Assembly: GCA_965233585.1 (NCBI GenBank)
Contig: CBDDTI010000530.1
Coordinates: 1 to 45,301 of the forward strand
Length of the DNA: 45,301 bases
DNA from: a bacterium
GTDB lineage: Bacteria > SAR324 > NAC60-12
Reading direction: 5' to 3'
The notes beneath the pieces were generated by a model. The model saw nothing but the letters and a program-made list of their open reading frames with translations, was not told the DNA's origin and did not search any database. A program made the position numbers and the translations under genes. This document shows positions 41,120 to 45,301 of this stretch, piece after piece. Every line of letters begins with the position of its first letter. Positions within the stretch are counted from its first letter, which is position 1.

Positions 41120-41724
41120 CTATGGACCGCTGACATTCTGGTGCCGGGATCTAAAATTTCACGCCAGCGTCAAAATTGAGATCCCGGCACCAGAAAAAGT
41201 AATGCAGACAAGTAAAATTTTGATGCGTGCATGAAATTTTTAGTGCGTGCACCAACTTTTTCATGCCTGCATTAGACAGAGCAATGCAGGCACCAAACTT
41301 TTCATGCACGCACCAAACTTCTCATGCCAGCATTAGACAAAGCAATGCAGGCACCAGATTTTTCGTGCACGCGCCAAACTTTTCATGCCAGCATTAGACG
41401 AAGCAATGCAGGCACCAAACTTTTCATGCACGCACCAAACTTTTCATGCCGGCATTAGACGGAGCAATGCAGGCACCAAACTTTTGGTGCACGCACCAAA
41501 TTTCTCATGCCAGCATTAGACACAGCAATGCACGCACCAAACTTTTGGTGCACGCACCAGAAATCGGTGTGCATTTAGATGATTTTAGATTGAATCAGTT
41601 GACGTTTTGCTTGCAACGAGAACGCATCTAGATGAATTTAGATGAATTTAGAACGCATTTAGATGAATTTAGATGAATTCGGGCCGAAAACATCTAAAAA
41701 CAAGTTTCTGTCATCCGCTTTTAC
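41120..41724 (-). repeat. Right terminal inverted repeat (605 bp)
   Basis: Reverse complement of 21086-21629 with five rather than four 61 bp units. Confidence 0.95.
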
Positions 41725-42809
41725 TACAACACCCATAATATCGAGTGACGTTCACAGAAAAATCAAAACAAAACTACAGCTGTAGATGGATATTCCCTTA
41801 AAACAGGCCCTTTACAAGCACAAAGCATACTAAAGACCATTTTGGGGACTGGACATCTAGCAATTTCAAGATGCAAAGAACAACTATTACAATGAGGCCT
41901 CTCACATCTCTAACAAAAAAAGAGTAGATTTTATGGTCAAAATATTTGGTTTTTGCATCATTACAAAACTCAGGACTTTGATGTCACAAACCGATGGGAT
42001 GAACACATGGTTGATTCAAAGAATGGGAGGGTCAAGATTTTGCCAAAAAAATCCAGCTTTAAAAAAATATTTTGAAACTTTTGGCAAGTGTCTTTAAATA
42101 TTTTGATTAAATTGTTTTTCCATCAGAGAGAGACTCAAGGTTCCTTCCTTTCCTGTTATATAGTAACAAGTTGTGCCAATGGAAGTTAGTTTGTTGTCAA
42201 TTTTGAGTGAACTACCAGGCCAATCAATGTGATGTTAATGCAAAATTGCAGCATTTGTGTGAGGTTAAATTCAAATACTTACTGAGAGTTACTGAAGAGA
42301 GGAAAGAATAATGGACTTAGTCAACGATGTTATTTTTTGACATCTAATGGACATTTTCTACAACTTTGGTTCTGTGTGTTCCTGTCAAAAAAGGAAAGAA
42401 TGAAGTGGACAGCTATCTAAGAAATCGTTTATATGGTAATTCCCTAATTGATTTTCAGCTTTTTTTCATGGCTCACAAGGCTGTAAGATGGCGCTGATTG
42501 ATTTGATTTGCTTACATCCATCATAATTTAGAATTGTATCAACATTATATCATCAAATAAAAATCCAAGTAGCTAATTTCTTTATAGAAATAAAAGCTTT
42601 AAAATGGCAGTAAAAACAGATAAAGTCTTGAAAAAAAATAATTAAATAAATTGCATGTAAAAGATATAGGTTGTGCAACCTCTATTCTAAAAATCTTTAC
42701 AACTCAGAAGAAAGGAATTGACATTTTTTTATAAGAGCAGCTTATTTGCATTCCTAAAGCTCTTCTGTAGGGTTTTCACATAGACAAAATAATTTGTCTA
42801 TGGGACAGG

Positions 42810-43396
42810 AAAAACCTACAAATATTTCAAGCTCCTTGACATGGTCGAAGAACAACAATTTCCCCAGCTTCAAATGCTAAAAAACTACGAATATTTCGAT
42901 TGTAGCTTCCTGAAGGTCCTCAACTTGGTTGGTGAATGACAATTTCCCCAACTTCAAATGCTAAAAAACTACGAATATTTCAGGCTCCTGGACATGGTCG
43001 GAGAGCAAAATTTCCCCAACTTCAAACGCTAAAAAACTACGAACAATTTCCCCTGCTTCAAATGTGAAAAAACTACGAATATTTCGATCATAGCTTCTGG
43101 AAGGTCCTCAACGTGGTGTGGTCGGAGAACAATTTCCCCTGCTTCAAATGCGAAAAAACTACAAATATTTCGATCATAGCTTCCTGAAGGTCCTCAACAT
43201 GGTCGGGGAACAATTTCCCCCACTTCAGATGCGAAAAAACTACGAATATTTCGATCGGAGCTTCCGGAAGGTCCTCAACGTGGTCGGTGAATGACAATTT
43301 CCCCAGCTTCGAACGCGAAAAAACTACGAATATTTCGATCCTCAATGTGGTCAGTGAACAACAATTTCCCCAGCTTCAAACGTGAAAAAATATGAA
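42810..43396. repeat. Tandem array of diverged ~60-80 bp units
   Basis: CAATTTCCCC.GCTTCAAA.GC.AAAAAACTACGAATATTTCGAT..AGGTCCTCAAC.TGGTC repeated about 8-9 times. Confidence 0.88.
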
Positions 43397-43645
43397 TACC
43401 GTATTTACCCTTGTATAATGCGCGCCCATGTATAATACGCACCCCCAAATTTCAGACCAAATTTTGAGAAAAAAAGAAAAATACATAAACTCCTCAACAG
43501 GAAGGTTCAATTGTATAACATTTATTTTTATTACCATGGGAAACTAACGAAATGATGGTTACAACATCTTTCACCTCCTTAGCTGTCAATAAAGCTTATG
43601 ATGCCGTATTTACACTGTATTTACCCGTACACAGTATTATATATA

Positions 43646-43714
43646 CACCAGTGGGAATTGAACCCCAGACCTGTCTGGTGAAAAGTCAGCCCTTTACCAC
43701 TGAGCCATCCTGAC
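43646..43714 (-). other. tRNA-derived SINE head or tRNA pseudogene
   Basis: Minus strand GTCAGGATGGCTCAGTGG (A box) and GGTTCAATTCC (B box); the acceptor stem does not pair. Confidence 0.55.
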
Positions 43715-44832
43715 AACCCTAAACTTTTACTTCAGTGGGGTAATAAGGGGCTGGAGTTGATAACTTCCCTTAGACAAAGTTCCGATTTTTATAGAGGGCA
43801 GCACATGTATTAGCCTTGCAATTGCCTAGCAATTGTATTTGGCGCCACCTATTGGCTTTTTTTGAACGGTTTAAGGAAAATGGAATCAATAAGGGAATTG
43901 CTAAAAAAGAACATTTAACTAAAATGCTCATCTTTTGCATACTAAAATGGTATATTTTACTTGCATCCTTTAATCTTCTGATCTTTGAAAAAATTAATAT
44001 CACTTCCAAATTACCCTCTATAATTATATAGCAGCTTTAATTTCATTGAAAACTATGATGTTAATTGCAACAGCTCTGTCTCTCTCACTAGGAACAAGGA
44101 TTAACATCGATGGATTTCCAAGTAAAAGCACGCAGTGTAAAAATAACACCATTTACTATAATGCAACATTTGAAACAAAGGTATTTGTTACTGAGGAAGC
44201 CAAACAATAACAAACACAATTGCAGGCCAGTGGAAGGTAAACTGTGGAACCACAAATGGGTTGCCCACCCTTACTCTACCAAATTGTGCTTGCCTGGCAT
44301 CAACTACCAAATTTACAATTAATTACCTTATATAATAACGAATGAAAAAACAAAGGAAACTTTATTATCATAACTTTTTTAAAGCAATTTTCTTTACCTA
44401 CAATTATTTTTCACAGCTAGCATAGCAAAATGAAACATTGCAATTTCTTCTTTTTTACAGCATACAAAGTATTAAAAGAAAAAAATGAAGGGGGAGCATA
44501 CAGCTTATTCACAGTTCAAATGAGCTTTTGCTGTACTTTGAACATCGAAATAAGCAAAAAGTATAGAAGTTGCAACTGAAGAATTTTAAAAAGGCAAGCT
44601 TGTCCTCTTGCTAGAGATAGAAAGACCTCTTTCTATAAGTCATGTCTTTAGTAAACAATCTGTCTTCTATTTTATCAAGCTGTCTGCATTGTTTTTCTCT
44701 TCTCTGATGCTGTATTTGATTTTAATCCATCCCTTCACCAAATTGTGTTATCAAATATTGAAATACCATCATCTTCTTTGCTTGTTTCACAAGTGTTCCA
44801 TGCACATTCCCCTGTTTCCCTAAATTGATGGT

Positions 44833-45301
44833 TGTAGCGAGTTCCCAAGAGAGTTGCGCGTCTGCGTTCACGGAGTTCACAGTATACATATGATCTGGTC
44901 GATACGGCAGCTGTTTACTTTTTAGTTTACTTCACGCGTTTAGCTCGGAAATATATTCAGTTCATTTCTCTCGCTTCAACGTCTCGCTTCAGTGGTGACC
45001 ACTCCGTGCAACGAACACGCAACCTTCGAAGAAAAAGTAAGTTGTCACCGAAAGTTTTCGAAGCGCCGTAAAAAAGACTTTTGGCTCGTATCGAGTTGCC
45101 GCATCGGCGTAAAAGAGAAAAGTTTTTTTTGGCTTTAAACGATCGTTTAAGTGAGTTTCCGAAGCGCCGTAAAAAGACTTTTGGCTCGTATCATCGAGTT
45201 GCCGCATCGGCGTAAAAGAGAAAAGTTTTTTTTGGCTTTAAACGATCGTTTAAGTGAGTTTCCGAAGCGCCGTAAAAAGACTTTTGGCTCGTATCATCGA
45301 G
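44833..45301 (+). mobile_element. 5' end of Gypsy copy 3 (LTR 44833-44991, PBS, leader repeats), runs off the window
   Basis: TGTAGCGAGTTCCCAAGAGAG..TCGCTTCA similar to 10124-10271, followed by TGGTGACC and the same leader repeats. Confidence 0.9.

Larger units (their letters stand above)
21086..41724. mobile_element. Maverick/Polinton (adintovirus-like endogenous virus), ~20.6 kb, apparently complete
   Basis: Long TIRs plus pPolB, rve integrase, packaging ATPase, adenain-like protease, and major and minor capsid ORFs. Confidence 0.97.

Noticed and set aside
43646..43714. Functional tRNA gene
   Set aside because: A and B boxes are present but the acceptor and anticodon stems do not pair.
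44092..44180. Possible host exon (AG..GT bounded, open frame)
   Set aside because: No recognisable homology or partner exons; cannot be supported without transcript data.
44833..44991. Candidate 3' LTR of Gypsy copy 2, which would place the Maverick inside that retroelement
   Set aside because: It is followed by a PBS and leader repeats, lacks an upstream PPT, and differs clearly from 10124-10271, so it is the 5' LTR of another copy.

Overview
Eukaryotic, AT-rich, repeat-dense genomic DNA, probably from an invertebrate. The centrepiece is an apparently intact ~20.6 kb Maverick/Polinton (adintovirus-like endogenous dsDNA virus) at 21086-41724, bounded by 544/605 bp terminal inverted repeats. 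It carries the canonical core: intron-containing protein-primed PolB, rve integrase with chromodomain, packaging ATPase, adenain-like protease, capsid proteins and small core proteins. Five things are unusual: (i) adjacent genes for a TATA-binding-protein homologue and a TFIIB homologue; (ii) heat-shock-element-like arrays just upstream of two TATA promoters; (iii) two tandem major capsid paralogues and a penton with two fused jelly-roll units; (iv) the terminal-protein region split from PolB, with the vOTU catalytic Cys position lost, as in adenoviruses; (v) five short spliceosomal introns. Together these suggest a stress-inducible endogenous virus with its own Pol II initiation factors. The flanks hold three Ty3/Gypsy LTR retrotransposon copies (one decayed, one 3'-truncated, one cut by the window end), nested MITEs (piggyBac-, Harbinger-, P/hAT- and pogo-like), tandem repeats and a tRNA-like SINE head. 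All family assignments come from motif recognition by eye, not database searches.
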